Numbered from the whole stretch's first letter, positions 18,586 to 31,970 are shown. The stretch is 62,893 nucleotides of DNA, filler included, from Choristocarpus tenellus KU-1152 (GCA_964200185.2; 11 parts of 11 records of this genome joined end to end with filler, not necessarily neighbours in it); one strand, 5' to 3'. Notes: a model not told the origin generated them from the sequence alone. Numbers and translations are program-made.

Positions 18586-19009
18586 CGTTGCCCCCGGGTC
18601 AAGAAAGGTCCTACCCACCTTTCCCAGCAGGGTATGTGACCACCTTGCCACCACAAAACCACAAATTAACCGTGGAAGGCTACGCAAGTGACCGCGTGAC
18701 GTGTTCACGCGAGACCGCGCAGAATATGAAGACCTGAAACGACATCAAACGACCCTACAAATGGCGAGATGAGACGTGCGAGTTAAAAAGGTGTGGACAA
18801 GGCAGGGACATGGTTTTTCTCTCGAGTAACGCCTGCATAAACTCCCGCTGTTGCTGTAGTGTTGCGGACAGTTCACCTTCCATATGATTATGTCTCATCT
18901 AGGTTGATCTTAACTTACGACTGTAACAGACGTATCTGGTGGCGATCTGGACCTCAGCCTGTCTTAACCCTGGGAAATCTTGATACCATTGGAGCGGGGT
19001 AACACGGTC

Positions 19010-20847
19010 ATGGAACGGACAAGAGGAGGGCGTATGGTTGGGGGAACAGTACCTCCACAACGACGGAGAACTGGGAAGGCAAGGTGACTAACTGAAGCTC
19101 TCAAGTCGTAGCCCTCATCCACAGATTTCCTTTTGTGTTCAGGATGCCAACGTCAAGCCTGGTGAGATCTTACAATATATAGGATTCCCGCCATGCATCT
19201 TACCCGCCCCTTCTAAGGAAAGCAGTACAAGATATCAATGCTCATTCTGGTACGCAACTGCCAAGCTTTGGGCCTGTTGTTTGCCATACTTGAATGAGAC
19301 GAAGTTACCTGTGTCTTTCCAAGTACCAATGTTATGGACATTGGTAGTGCCGACGCCGCCGCTTGTCCATCACGGGTCGAGACTTTGTTACCTTGCATGT
19401 ACACCCTGTTTCCCGGCATGCAACTGCTAGTGTAGGTGCCCATCCGTTTTGTCTTGATCCCATATCCACTGTCCCTTCTCCCACCGCGTTAATGCCTCGA
19501 ACAAACATGCACAAATATTACTTGGGTCAGGGGGGGCAGCTCATGCCAGGGGCTGCCCTCACACCATGATCCTTGCACTCGAGAGAGTAAATGCCCCCTG
19601 GGAGGCATGTTAGATCAGGGGGGACTTCGTGGTGGTGGGGAGGGCATCGGTGCTGATTCGAGGCTACTCAAGAGTTGGGAGCCATCACACACTGGAGCGA
19701 TTGGAGGACTTTCACAAAGTCAACAAGAACATGATACATGTCTTGGAGACTGGAGCGAGGGCTGTGATACTGCTCATATTCCATCGATGTTAGACTTCCA
19801 CTCTCGGACCGAAATGCCTCGAGGGTATCCAAGACAAGGAATTGCTGGTAGAGATCGAGAGGATTGGGGACACCTATCTCAAAGAAGCAAGAAGACAACA
19901 ACCAGTTTCCCCGATTCACACAGAAGGACATATAGGCACACGTGAGTCCCACTAAATATTTGTTTACAGTCAACGTACTACCAGAATGGACCAATCAACT
20001 AGGTACAGACCTAATGCTGTCCACTGCGTGCAACACCCTACATGTTTCCTCCAATCGAGGGTTGTGTAAAGGTTGCTTGTGTGCCATCCACATCTGGGGT
20101 TTTATTTTGTATTTTCTTTGCTGTTCTGGTACCTCTTTTTTCTTACCCTAACGAAAAGTAGGCAAACCTCAACAATATATCCTACTAGCCCATGCAATAT
20201 TGACCCTGATTCTTACTGCGTATCTTATCCCTTCACCCAGAACGTGTCTCCCTGGAGCTACAGGCACTGCCCACCAGCCAAGTAGCCCCAAAACCTTTTC
20301 TGAGGTAGGTCCTACCACCTCCGCAGAAGTTGCAGGTGCCACAATCAGCCCCGGGCCGTTACCTTGTCCCAAGCCACCAGTGTCCCGTATGTTGTTCGTG
20401 GACCCTGGCTTATCCGACCCCAAGTATGAAGCAAGTCGTCTAGAGGACGCCACTGCAAGGCTCCTACGTCGGATCTGTGTATTTGATATGGCATCTGACG
20501 TGCTGCAGGTGATGTCAGACGTCCGAGACGATACCCTGCGGGTGTATCAGGTAGTATTCATCAACGATAGCCTCGACGACACTATAAAGGGGAAGGAGCT
20601 GGCACGGTTCCTGCGTCAAGCTGGGGTTTCAGCACACATGGTGCTCCTAGTGGATGACAACACCAACTACGACGATGATGACATGAGGTCACACTGTCTC
20701 TGCGCCCTCCTGCGGAAGCCTTTCAGCCTGCCTAACTTCTGCCACCTCCTGAGTAAGCTCTGCTCCAATGCAGCCAGTAGTAGCAACAGCAGCAATATCC
20801 CAACCGCCCGCAAGTGGTCGGAGCAACAACACCAGCAGCATCACCAG
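19010..20847 (+). CDS. Protein with an atypical (pseudo-)receiver domain, 3'-truncated; supported exons end at 19941 and span 20241-20847; 5' exons (19010-19083, 19143-19161) tentative
   Basis: MLFVDP...YQVVFINDSLD...GKELARFLR...MVLLVD...LLRKPFS follows the CheY-like REC pattern; phase-2 GT-AG junction 19941/20241; Gln/His-rich tract at the contig end. Confidence 0.6.
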
Positions 20848-20947
20848 NNNNNNNNNNNNNNNNNNNNNNNNNNNNNNNNNNNNNNNNNNNNTTAATTAAT
20901 TAANNNNNNNNNNNNNNNNNNNNNNNNNNNNNNNNNNNNNNNNNNNN

Positions 20948-21053
20948 GATTTGGTTGCATGCGCCGAATGGTTAATGTATGCACACTTTTCCTGGTTCCG
21001 GTCCAAATAGACACCCTGGTGTAGCCCCCCCCCCCCCCGAGATACTTTGGGTC
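20948..21053. mobile_element. Truncated MITE (short subfamily) at contig start
   Basis: ACACCCTGGTGTAG-C(n)-GAGATACTTTGGGTC. Confidence 0.8.
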
Positions 21054-21299
21054 ATAACACCTTCTACAGTGTTGGTGGTGGAGCAGCCTCTACTAACCCT
21101 AACCCTCAATAATACGAACTCAAGTATGTGCAGCAGAGATGTGCCGCTTCATAGGAAGCCAACACGCCTTGCACAGGGCATTGAACTCTCTTCTTAGTCA
21201 TTATTGTACTCTTCATTAAGACTGTTGCTAGTTCTGGCACACGTCCCGAGATCTCCGCTCCAGTTGCATGTCTGTACTTCATGTCATATCTAGAGTACG

Positions 21300-21340
<41 letters not shown>

Positions 21341-21387
21341 CTTAACAAACCCAGCACACCAACTTCACCCTCCCCCTTCTTGACAAG

Positions 21388-22929
21388 CAAACCTTGGACC
21401 TCTGAACCCATGCTTCTCCTTGAGACAAGAGGTGAAGCTGTATCGTATCATGCGTGAAACTCACTACCCACTGCCAGAGGACCCACACAAGTGTGTTGTA
21501 TGTAGCGAGCTAGCTGCCACGATCAAGTGCATGGAGTGTGAACACTATGTGTGCCCGCCATGCCTGAGAAGAGTATGCCTGGAACATGAGGAGTCATTCC
21601 TGTACTTTCACCAGGTCCACTGCCTACGGTGAGAACACACCCTTTCGTTCATCCTTTTATTCTTCACCTTGTTTGGCCAATAGTATCCTAGAGGGTAGGG
21701 GGGGGGGGGTTAGGTCAGTTTGACCATTCGAGGCTTGATAGGGTTTCACAGAACCTTTCAGTTTGATGCCCGTTCTTCATGCGATTTTCCTTCAGATTTG
21801 GTCAAGACAGGGGGATGGAAGAGGAAGGTGCGTCCAGATGATGAAAATTGCCCTTTACATCCAACACTTTCGTTCACTCAAATGACGTCAAAAATACCTA
21901 CGGGGGGTCAGAAAGGCCCCAAATAGACACGCCTGTCCCACCCTATGGGCCTTTTTTGCAAGTCCTCTCTTTTGCCCATCTTTCAGGCAGGTAGCTGAAA
22001 CCGAAATTCACGTGTTGTACTTCTTTCTCACACACGAATAGCATGTTATGGTTTTGGTCAAAGGAGGTTCGTGTTCTTGTTTGACCTCCCCCACGGGAAA
22101 TGAATTGCCCTGAACAATTCGATCATTATGACGCATTGTGTTTGAGTAACTGCAATCAAGAGATAAGCAGGTTTGAACCCTTTTGCATTTCAAGTCACTT
22201 TTCTTACACATGTGCAATACACCCTATTTTATTTTATTCATTTTTTTGTTGCACAGTAGTGTCCACAAAGACTGATATTTACCCCTTCCAAACACAAAAG
22301 GACACCACAATTCAACAAAGGCTCAATCTGCAATTGTACAACAAGGTGTGTTTTGGCCGTTTTGGGGGTTCCTTAAAATACAACCTTGCCTGCCTCCCAA
22401 TCATCTCGATTCTTTATCAGCAATCTACCTCCTGTGCCTAACCACTCCAGAGTGATCAACTCAGGCGGATGTGTCCAGTAGGGGTTAGATGGACAGAATG
22501 CCTACACCACTGTTGCAAATCCCCCTGTTATCAACACCATGTTCTACTGATGAAGTAAAGTGACATAAACATACACTACTTCCCTACCACTATATCCTTA
22601 TTTTCACACAATGTGAACACTGATGTATTATGGTATGTCCCAAGAAAGTGATCACTGAATCCGAAGCATGCACATATCACCTCCGCTCCCCTCCTCCCCC
22701 CCCCAAAAAAAAATAATGGGACAGGTTCGGATATCCAACCCGCAAGCGCCTTCCAATAATATCAATGCTTCGGCCTCCTCCCAAAGAGGAGGGCAAGGAG
22801 AAGAGTAACAATACTAAAGCACTGATTGGAGCCGATCAGGACGCCCTCAGTCGGGGAGGTAGCCACAGAAATAAGCGCAGTGGGGGGGGGGGCAAGAAGC
22901 AGAGGAGAAGGCAAAGGAGGAAGCGCTAG
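21388..22929 (+). CDS. 3' part of a zinc-finger (B-box-like) protein; exons ~21388-21628 and 22725-22929
   Basis: CVVCSELAATIKCMECEHYVCPPC...H motif; phase-2 junction CG|G into a basic last exon ending TAG. Confidence 0.55.
21675..21950. mobile_element. Degenerate MITE relative within an intron
   Basis: GGCCAATAGTATCCTAGAGGGTAG left end and CCCCAAATAGAC subterminal motif near the right end. Confidence 0.5.
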
Positions 22930-23438
22930 TGTTGCAGAAGGGAATGCAAGGAAGAAGAGATGAACTAACACTACTGTGGTTGATAAGTGCTCTGATTGCC
23001 TCACTTTGCCCATATACTCACTCCTCTCATATTTTCCAGCTATACCAAGCTCTAAATGATTCCACTGAGGGGGGACCAGACCCAGTCACAATCATTAACG
23101 CCTCCAAGCATATTTAACTCTCTTGGTTGTCCTTGACGCGCGTGCGTTTTTTTTTTAATTTTTCGCTTTCACCACTGCCGTTTGGCTTGAAGTTCACTCC
23201 GTCAAGTGTTACGACCCATATTATCCTAGAGGGTGGGTCAGGCGTCCATTGGGGGCTTGTGTGACCCTGTTGTGATTTTCATGGCGTAGTAGTAAAGTGC
23301 ATCTTATGTAAGGGCACTTTTTTTCATACGAATGCAACTTCATTTTCCACTCCCTTGCCTGAACAAAGTTTGAAGGGATATCGTTCACGAAACAAGCATC
23401 AAACTGGGCATCTTACAACATCTCATCAAGACCCAAAT

Positions 23439-23613
23439 GACCCAAAGTATCTGGGGGGGGGGGTCTACACCAGAGTGTCCATTTGGACCAACACCAGGAA
23501 AAGTGCACTTTCACTATTCATCCAACGTATGGAACCAAATCACCCAAATATCGTGACATGAAAAAACTGGCCCCAAATGGACAGCCACCACCCCCTCCCA
23601 GATACTTTGAGCC
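23439..23613. mobile_element. 175-bp MITE, short subfamily, TSD AAAT, nested in an older related element (~23212-23664)
   Basis: GACCCAAAGTATCTGGG...CCCAGATACTTTGAGCC with AAAT on both flanks. Confidence 0.9.
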
Positions 23614-23899
23614 AAATGGACAACCTGGGCTATACACCTCCCCCCCTCGAGGATACCATGACCCGAATGTAAAATGCACAACTCACCTGGTTACCATACC
23701 CACCCTCGAGGACCCATGATGCCAAAAGGAAGAAGACTGGCGAGAATGGACTACTACTTGGGTCTACCCCATTAATTGAGAGATCTGTCACCACCCTACA
23801 GATAAGGCAAAGAGCTCAAGCCCTGGATAAGGAAGTTTTCCTTCCTCCTTGCTCTTAACGTCCTTGCTGAGGGTGTAGTACTACCAAGGAGGGGCCAAG

Positions 23900-24200
23900 C
23901 CATTGTGTAGGGCACGTTGTGCTGTCACTACAAAGGAGACTGATAGATGATCATTGGAAGATGAGATGTGATGTCAGGCGAGAGCCTCGCAGAGTTCGTT
24001 GCAAGTACAGCACATCACACTGGCGATTGGCCAGGGAATGACCGACGTCTCAAGTCACAACTTGAGAGAACCAGTGAACTGGATTGCGTATGGTGTTTGA
24101 TAGGTTATCGCTGCCCATTGAAGTATATCACATCATACTGGATGCTTTCTGCTCAAGAGACAGTGCAACTGGTGCGAGCGATCTTTTTTCTTTTTTTTCC
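23900..24200 (+). mobile_element. Possible decayed RTE-like LINE 3' end
   Basis: LAEFVAS...DCVWCL...YWMLSAQE; weak match to the same region. Confidence 0.35.
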
Positions 24201-24382
24201 CATGTCCTTGAACTCTTCAAGAAACAATAAAAACATTTAACAATAATGATTACCACCGACGATCTCGCTATCACATATACTCGAACATAAAGAATAGACT
24301 CGCTCAGTTAATGCATGCAACCATCTCCCCCTCTACCGTCTATACAGTTTACAAAATTATTTATACATAATCGCTACTTAAC

Positions 24383-25907
24383 TCAGTCAACAACATCAAT
24401 GTGCTCGTCATCATTTCCGTCTTGACCGTCAGAATGAAGCCCTTCTGCATTGCCCTCTACCACCATTGAGTTGATTTCACCAACCCCACCGAAGTCAGGT
24501 CCTCCTCCTTGCACCTCATTCATTCCGACACCTACACCTACACTTCTCAAAGGTGCCACTGCCTGTTGAACCAAACCATCCTCCTTCACTCCTGACCCCT
24601 CCGCCTTCCCATATTCTACAACAGAATTGCTGCGATGGGGCTCTCGATCCAACAAATCCTCCACCTCCCTCTTCACAGTAACACGCCCCCCATGGCTCTC
24701 TCGGCTACGGATTCCCCCTGAGTCACCACTGCTCACAAAAGACTGCACAACCGAGTCTTGATCCTCCTTTCCAGGGGAGCAATCAGACCCAGACAAGAAA
24801 ACAGCCTCTGCATCCCCTTTACTTCCTCCCCGACCTTGTACCCCTTCCCCAGCTAGCACCGTGGACACCGCTGGCAAAGTAGATGAGTCATTCTCCTCCC
24901 CCACCTCCCTCACACTATCACCCACTACATTGCCATCCCTTGCATCAGACCCAGTGTCCTTGTGAACCCCACCCTTCACATCCCCGATGACCCCTCCTCC
25001 TCCGCCCCCTTCTCCTTCTCCTATTCCTATTCCCTCAGGAAATGTGTTGGGAAACGTAAAGTCCATTCCCTCACCTTGACTGGCGTTCACAGGTGTGACT
25101 GGTGTGACACCACCAGACGTAGAGCCTTGACCAACCTCACCATCCTCATCAAACATGGGTATTACCTGCACACAGAAGTGGGACCAGGTACATAGCAGGA
25201 GGTGTGCTGAGTGCTGGTACAGGGGACACAGCAAGGTCAGATGGACCACAGGCAATGGCACTGCCGGTAGGAGTAGAGCACTATTCTTACATAAGAGCAA
25301 AATTATTCTTACATAACAGCAAAACTATTCTTACATAACAGCAAAACTATTCTTACATAACAGCAAAACTAGACCAGTAAAATTTGTCACCACCGGAAGA
25401 CAAGCGTTGGGGAGGTATATAAAGCCAGAAACCATAATAAGGGCATGTCCTTCAAACAAACACAAAAAAAACGAGCCACCAACCATAAAGGCAGGCCCGG
25501 CAGGCCCAGCAGAGTGCCAGGGAAGGAAGGGAAATGGAGCCCATGGATACCGCTCACAGAGGGGTTTCGGTTTCATACTGAACTAAAAAAAGCTCAATAC
25601 ATTCTCACTGTGCATGGCCAACTCAGTAGTGCCACCAAGAATTGAAAGATAGTAACTGTCAAAAGATCAAAAAAAAAAATGGCTTCCACACACGTTGTTC
25701 GAATATCAACAAGGGCTCTTATTGGCACCGGAACAGCGGCAACTGGGGATCTAAGTACTCTTGTTAATAACTGACCAAATCGCCATCATCCAGTTCCCCG
25801 TACAGCATTTCGTCCTCCATGAGCTGGGAGAGCTGGTAACCCAAGCTATCAATCTTCGTCAATGTCTCTCCCTCTCTTTGTCCAAGCTCACTCAATTGGT
25901 TCACCAC
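24383..25907 (-). CDS. 3' part of an unknown protein with a Gly/Asp/Glu-rich low-complexity tail; exons 25907-25776 and 25165-24383
   Basis: Open exons with GT-AG boundaries in phase 0; no recognisable domain. Confidence 0.55.
25281..25370. repeat. 22-bp tandem repeat, 4 copies, intronic
   Basis: CTATTCTTACATAACAGCAAAA. Confidence 0.9.
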
Positions 25908-27053
25908 CTAGGCAAACAAGAGAGAGAGAGGGAGAGAGAGAGAGAGCACCCATGCATACACAAACACAGACACAGACAGCACAGACAAGCAGGAAACACA
26001 AAGAGTAGGGAGTAGGGATAGACTCGGCAACTGATGACTAATGTTGTTATTACTCCTGCTATATCCCCACTGCAATCCAGTGTGACAGCATTAGCAAGCC
26101 CCTACTATTTATACCACTACAAAAAAAAAAATCAAAAAGAAAAGAGGTGTACAACACATATAGATGACCAAACATAAATAATGCAGTCACTGAGCCCTCA
26201 GAAAAAAAAACACACACACACACACACAAAAATTCCAAGACCCCTACCCACCCTACAAGTTCAGGCAATTATAAAAACAAGTCCCTTCCCCTGCCCCATC
26301 TCCACAAACACCACACACACACCTGCCTCAAACATTTCATATCACCTGCGTGGCGTTCTCTGAAAGCGTTCTCACCAGCCCGCCCCCTCCCACAACAGAC
26401 ACATCCTCATTCGCACTATTAATACCATTCCCCCCCNNNNNNNNNNNNNNNNNNNNNNNNNNNNNNNNNNNNNNNNNNNNTTAATTAATTAANNNNNNNN
26501 NNNNNNNNNNNNNNNNNNNNNNNNNNNNNNNNNNNNCGGGGGTGGCGGGGGGGGGGCGGGGGCGGGGCCTGGGTGTGCGGGGGGGGGGGGGGGGGGGGGG
26601 GGGAAGGGGGGGGGTGGATGGGACCAAACAGTATCACTCAAACTTGGCACACTCTATGCACTATTAAATTAATACTAAAAATAGGGGTAATGATGAGTAG
26701 TAGCACAATCACTGCATCACATTTCATCTCCTCCTATCCCTTTGAACTACCTTTGACCCCACAGGATGAGTAAATGAGAAACAGGTATATGAGGCTGCTT
26801 GTAACCTAGTTTGGGGATCCGTTTGCCATTTTTTCCCATTCTCCTCGCCAGATGGTTTGATTCATCCCCCGGGACTCATGAGGCCAATCACAAGACACTA
26901 GAAGAAAAACACTGACCAATAAAAAAGAGCAATTACAAATAATTCCCAACAACTTTCAAACGCATCCAAGCCCAAATGACGCACCCACTTGTACGTGCAG
27001 GTTACAAAAGCAACCAAAGCACATGCACATGCCAAAAAAATGCACATAAGCAC

Positions 27054-28204
27054 CTCTCAAGAGTCTTGAACCCAAAATAGTCATAGCCAAAGTCTCGATC
27101 CATGATGATCGCAGAGTTAAGTCGGTCTTTGTTGTCCTGCACCACCTTGTATACATCGTCTGCAATGAGCCCAGCCTTGGAGCCTGTCTTAGGATGCACA
27201 TAATTGTATAGGCGTTTCACCACCTCACTAAACACCTTGACAAGGAATGCGTGACATAAGAAACACACGAGGCAAGTGATAAACATAGCAAATAAACCGC
27301 ATCACGATAAAGGGTGTGCAGGGGCAGGGAGAGGAGGATGCAGTGGTTACACAAAAGTGTAGGTACAAACACATGAAAAACTTCCCATACACAGACTTGC
27401 AAGTAGGAAGCAAGGGGCTCTCATGTTGCCACTTTAAAACTCTTGTATGTATCTATCATATCCACTAACTCACCCACCCCCCATCTTCCCTTCCCAACAG
27501 AAATACACCAAGCACTAACTTCAAGTGTACTCAATGTACCTTCTCTGTGTTCTTGTGAAGGTTGGAAACCGATATGCGAGCAGCAAGGGCAGAGAAGTCT
27601 GGGTGCTGGGTGGCCATGTAGGCCGCGGTCTGAGCTGCTAGTTCATCCAACTCACTTGTGGTCACCCCAGGGTAAACCCCTAGGATTACCTGTTGATAGA
27701 TCAGTGCAATCATTCAAGAGGATGGGATAGGGAAGGGGGGTGAAGAATAGTTTGTCTGTAAGAGGAAATTATTAAGGATTCGGAGAGCGCAGTTAGGCGA
27801 GGGGTGGCGAGGATAATGGACTGCAATTGGCTGGTTTGTAAGGCAGAGAGGGAAGAAGAGTAGGAGTGAAAGAGGTGCTGACCTAGTGCAAAATTGTGCG
27901 CCACACAATCACAAAGGAACTACTATCCAGCTACCTCTTGGGGTTCGGATCATCAAGTAGTGTGCCAATAGCCCTGAGGTCAGCAGTTCGATGAACAGGA
28001 GGGGCTCGTTTTAGCAAACTGCACGTCACCACACAACCACAATCAACTGTTTTCATTAATCCATGTGTGGCGTGACACCTTCTGTGATATGATGACCGGG
28101 TCCACAAAGCGATCGTCTAATCCGTAACAAAGCTTCTTGATGCGTGACGTGATCTTATCAAACTTGACATCTTCCCTCCTGCCGTCCCTCTTTACCACGA
28201 ACAT
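27054..28204 (-). CDS. RRM1: Ribonucleoside-diphosphate reductase large subunit, first three coding exons (28204-28079, 27689-27540, 27235-27054), 3'-truncated
   Basis: ATP cone [29 protein letters not shown]...[45 protein letters not shown]...[15 protein letters not shown]. Confidence 0.97.
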
Positions 28205-28948
28205 CTCGAGAAATGGACGAGGAGGTTCCTGGAAAGTGAAGTACAACAAGCCCGGTCGACAAGGGGCTCGAGGAGTTAAAATGTGGGGAGGCATGTTTGA
28301 TGAGGTCATGATGAATTTACTGTTTAACAGGGCACGATCCGTAAGGTTAATGCCTCACCAGAAGGTGGAGCTTTCAGGTTGGCGGGAACAGCAAATTGTG
28401 ATATGAATCCAGATTGGCACAGTTATGTACCCACAGGAAAACAATAGCTGTCCAACTGGATGGTCACAGAAAGGTCTGAAGGCCAAACGCGACTTTAATG
28501 AACGACGCTTGAATAACAACCCACATCAAGTGTGTAGGAAAGCGAGTATCGGTTGTTCGATGAGTGAGGTCCAACCGAAACAGACAACGCCCGGAGTATA
28601 TAGGCATTTGTAGGTCCTATACTTGGTCCGGATGATGTGTCAAAAGTATGGAAAAGTAATGATTTCCTCGACCACCTTTCGACCACCTTCCTATGGTCAA
28701 CTCACGCGGAGGTTTCCAACACAAGTTCTACACAAATCAGGGAAGACGTGTGGTTGAGTTCCTGGCGAGATCTACCTCGGCGATCCATAGGATGACCTGA
28801 GCAACGCGGCAGCGTAACTCACCTTTTTCCTGATACGTTATGCAAGGACTCTTGAGAGGCAGCGAGGATATACTGGAGAACGTAGGGAAACAAGTGTCCT
28901 AGACAGGGTGAGAGGACAAATTTGTGTGGTTTGGTCAAATATTTTGAA

Positions 28949-28995
28949 TTTCTCGCGTCACATTTCAAAACTTGACAACACGCAGCTCGCGAAAA
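28949..28995 (-). promoter_or_regulatory. Candidate E2F-like sites upstream of RRM1
   Basis: TTTCTCGCG (28949-28957) and CGCGAAAA (28988-28995) lie upstream of a probable 5'UTR exon (donor near 28822, acceptor near 28229); a further GGCGGGAA at 28381-28388. Confidence 0.35.
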
Positions 28996-30265
28996 AATAT
29001 TTTTAACCTAACGATCTGTGTTACAATTTTCATACCTTACACAACGTAACACTCAACGCTACACTATATTATGTCCAAGGCACCTAAAATGACATCTAGT
29101 TCCCCAAACAAATCAATCCGAAACATACAAAACACTATGTGGCATCCTTGACACTCTGGACCAAACGTATACAAAACCGTGTAGTAACGCCCGTAACACT
29201 CCTGTCCACAGTAAAACATACGTTGCGCCACTGTATTTATGTAGCAACGTTTTGCTGTATCACAAAATGTATTGTTAAAACATTGTGTTACAGGTTAACG
29301 CCTCCATAACATTTACAAGTCATTAGAATGAAATAGGAATATTATACTACAGGCTTAGGAGGCAGTAGTGTGAGGTCAGCTTTACTAGCGTATATCTATC
29401 TCTGCATAGCAAAAGATACAAAAGAGTAGGATCATGGAAAAATTGAGAGTATAAACAGACCACTGACCACAAAATCTGTCCTTGTAGTGACCGCTGATCT
29501 TGAGAACTTGATGGAATCGGCCTTGCAGCACATGAAAGGCTTAGATGCTGAGGAGAAGTATATTCGAGGTCTGTAGAATCCTCGTAGAAGGATCGTGATG
29601 TGCAGTTTCTCTGTGTGGGGAAATTCAGGTTGGGAGAAGACCTCAACCACACAGTACGATCAAGGATATTCAAAAAGCATGTATGAAGAATGTTGGTATC
29701 TCATGTATGTACCATGGATGCCCGTAACAGTCTTCCTATGGATCCCTCATTCCCTCTCCTCTCCCCCCATTGTAAATGTGACACAGTCTTCGGTTCTTCA
29801 CACAGATACTCAATGTCCAGTTCGCGAGCTCCACAGACAAAGATCGTGTGTGTGTGTGTGTGTGTGTGCTTCAGAGTACAAGTACCACATGGTGTTTTCG
29901 TGAAAGCTTGTATGAACTTCATATTGGAGGTACTGTTCTGTTGAATGATTTCGTTGTGTGCTTATTAATTGTATTTTAAATCAATGTTCTCGTCCAAAAA
30001 AACGAGGCTGATCGTCAACTCATGTTCGTCTTATGCATCACCCCTCTTACGGCCAACGCCATCCACGTCAGGTGTATGGACTTGCATGAGCTTGATCTCA
30101 AACAGTTGCCCTGAAGCTCACAAGAAACATAGAGTAGCATCAGTACAGATGAGAGAATGCTCAACAGAGTTGGGAATGAATTTGGGAAGTCCCTCGCTCT
30201 TGCTAAGGTACAGTGTCATCCGTGTAAGTAGACTGACAAGTTTGTCTACCTTCGAGGCACCATCA

Positions 30266-30525
30266 GAGTGAAAGTATCTTAGAGGGTACAAGTTTTGCCA
30301 TGTTTGTCCGTTTGGGGGTTGGCTTCCCACGAGTTTTTTTATGGCATTTTACCCACTCCGAAACAGTTTCGTATTAGGTAAATGTATACGCTATGAAAAG
30401 ATGTGTCTGGAGCAAGGATATTAACATCTCCTAACATATACGATAGCCAAAATTATATCAAAATCGAAACATTGGATTTTAACCCCCAAATGGACGCGGC
30501 TCTACCCTCTAATATACTTTGACTC
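30266..30525. mobile_element. 260-bp MITE, long subfamily, TSD ATCA
   Basis: GAGTGAAAGTATCTTAGAGGGTA...TACCCTCTAATATACTTTGACTC with ATCA on both flanks. Confidence 0.9.
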
Positions 30526-31349
30526 ATCAGCAACAAAGATTATATATTTACCGAGATCAGTCATCAGTTTAAGACCTGGGGTTGTTCAAGCAAATAAAAC
30601 TAAGTGCTTTGTTACAGAACTTCAGGTAAGTTAGGTTTATGTATCACTTGATGTCAATATTAAAATGCCCAAGGCTGAAGTACTTGAGGTTTTGTCATAC
30701 AACCAACAGCAGTGGAATGGGCAGGTATCTGACGGCATAATGAGCTTCATGAGAGAGTGGGATTCCAAGAAAGCTGTTATAGGTGATATGCATCATACCA
30801 AAGCAGCAGCTAAGATCGCCCAAGTCAACAATACCACCACCATCACTGTCTGCTGAATGTTGCTTTTCTCATGGTATTCTCTCTGGGTCAAACCAATTGA
30901 GAGGTAAGCAGGTTTGGACCCTTCTGCATTCTAAGTCATATATCTCTAACGCTCTGCGCAATAACTCTATTTCATTGCATAATGTGCACAACAGTTTATG
31001 TCAAATTTATTTTCCCCCTTTCAACATATAAATTGACACCACAATGAAGCAAAGGCTCTTTCTGCAATTGTGCTAAATGACCTATTTTTATCCTTTCTTG
31101 GGATCCATATAATGCAACCCTGCCTAACATCCACTTGGTTTGAATCTCATTTACTTTTTATTTCCCAATTTTATTCGTATTTCTTCTGTTTTTCTTATAT
31201 CTTTCCCGTTTCTTTTGTGGTCCTTGTTCCCTTTTCCGAAACACTGTGTACTACCTTCTTTGGACTATCTTTCAACCATGGGTCTGGGATCCCTCAAACT
31301 AGTGTGAGGCGATGATGTGGTAGTGTGACATGGACAATCTATTAGGTCA

Positions 31350-31740
31350 ACTTTATGAAGCTCTACTTTCACCAATACAAACTCCCCCTACACTACTAAT
31401 ACAAGGAGGAGTGCACTTACTGCAGACTGTCCTACAAAGGTATGTCCTTGCGAAGACTTGTTGTGAGAGCATTGAGGTGACTTGATGAAAAACAGAGATT
31501 TTGTTCACAGGGTCAGTGGAATACATGGGAAGTGGGCGATTCCCAGAAGGTGCTGACATTTCGAAACTTGGCAATGGAAATTTTTTGCAAGGTGGACAAG
31601 AGAAGAACTAGTATACTTCACTGTAATATTATCTTGAGACGCTTGGGTCACATTTAAGGAGTGGAATACAAGGGCAACAAACCAACACAGGTGGTACGAG
31701 TGTGAGATTGACGAAACAAAGAGCTACACGGACAGTTGCT
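31350..31740 (+). mobile_element. Decayed RTE-like LINE 3' end
   Basis: YVLAKTCCESIEVT**KTEILFTGSVEYMGSGRFP...GGQEK; same motif order as 12008-12620, with stop codons. Confidence 0.6.
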
Positions 31741-31900
31741 ACATTTCCTTCTTTGTGTGATATGTGATGAGAGATATTTCGGATTGGATAGACTAGGTGT
31801 TACCCTCGAATAAATATAATATGGCAATGTTAATGATGGTTCTATCCCAAATATTGAGTGGATTTTCTTGGCTACGTTTCATTTTTCTCGTTCATTGTTT

Positions 31901-31970
31901 GGCTCAAAGTATCTGAGAGGGGGTGGCGTCTGTCCATTTGGGGTCAATTTTTTCATGTCGCGATCTTGGG
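31901..31970. mobile_element. Truncated MITE (short subfamily) at contig end
   Basis: GGCTCAAAGTATCTGAGAGGGGGTGGCGTCTGTCCATTTGGGGTC. Confidence 0.85.
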
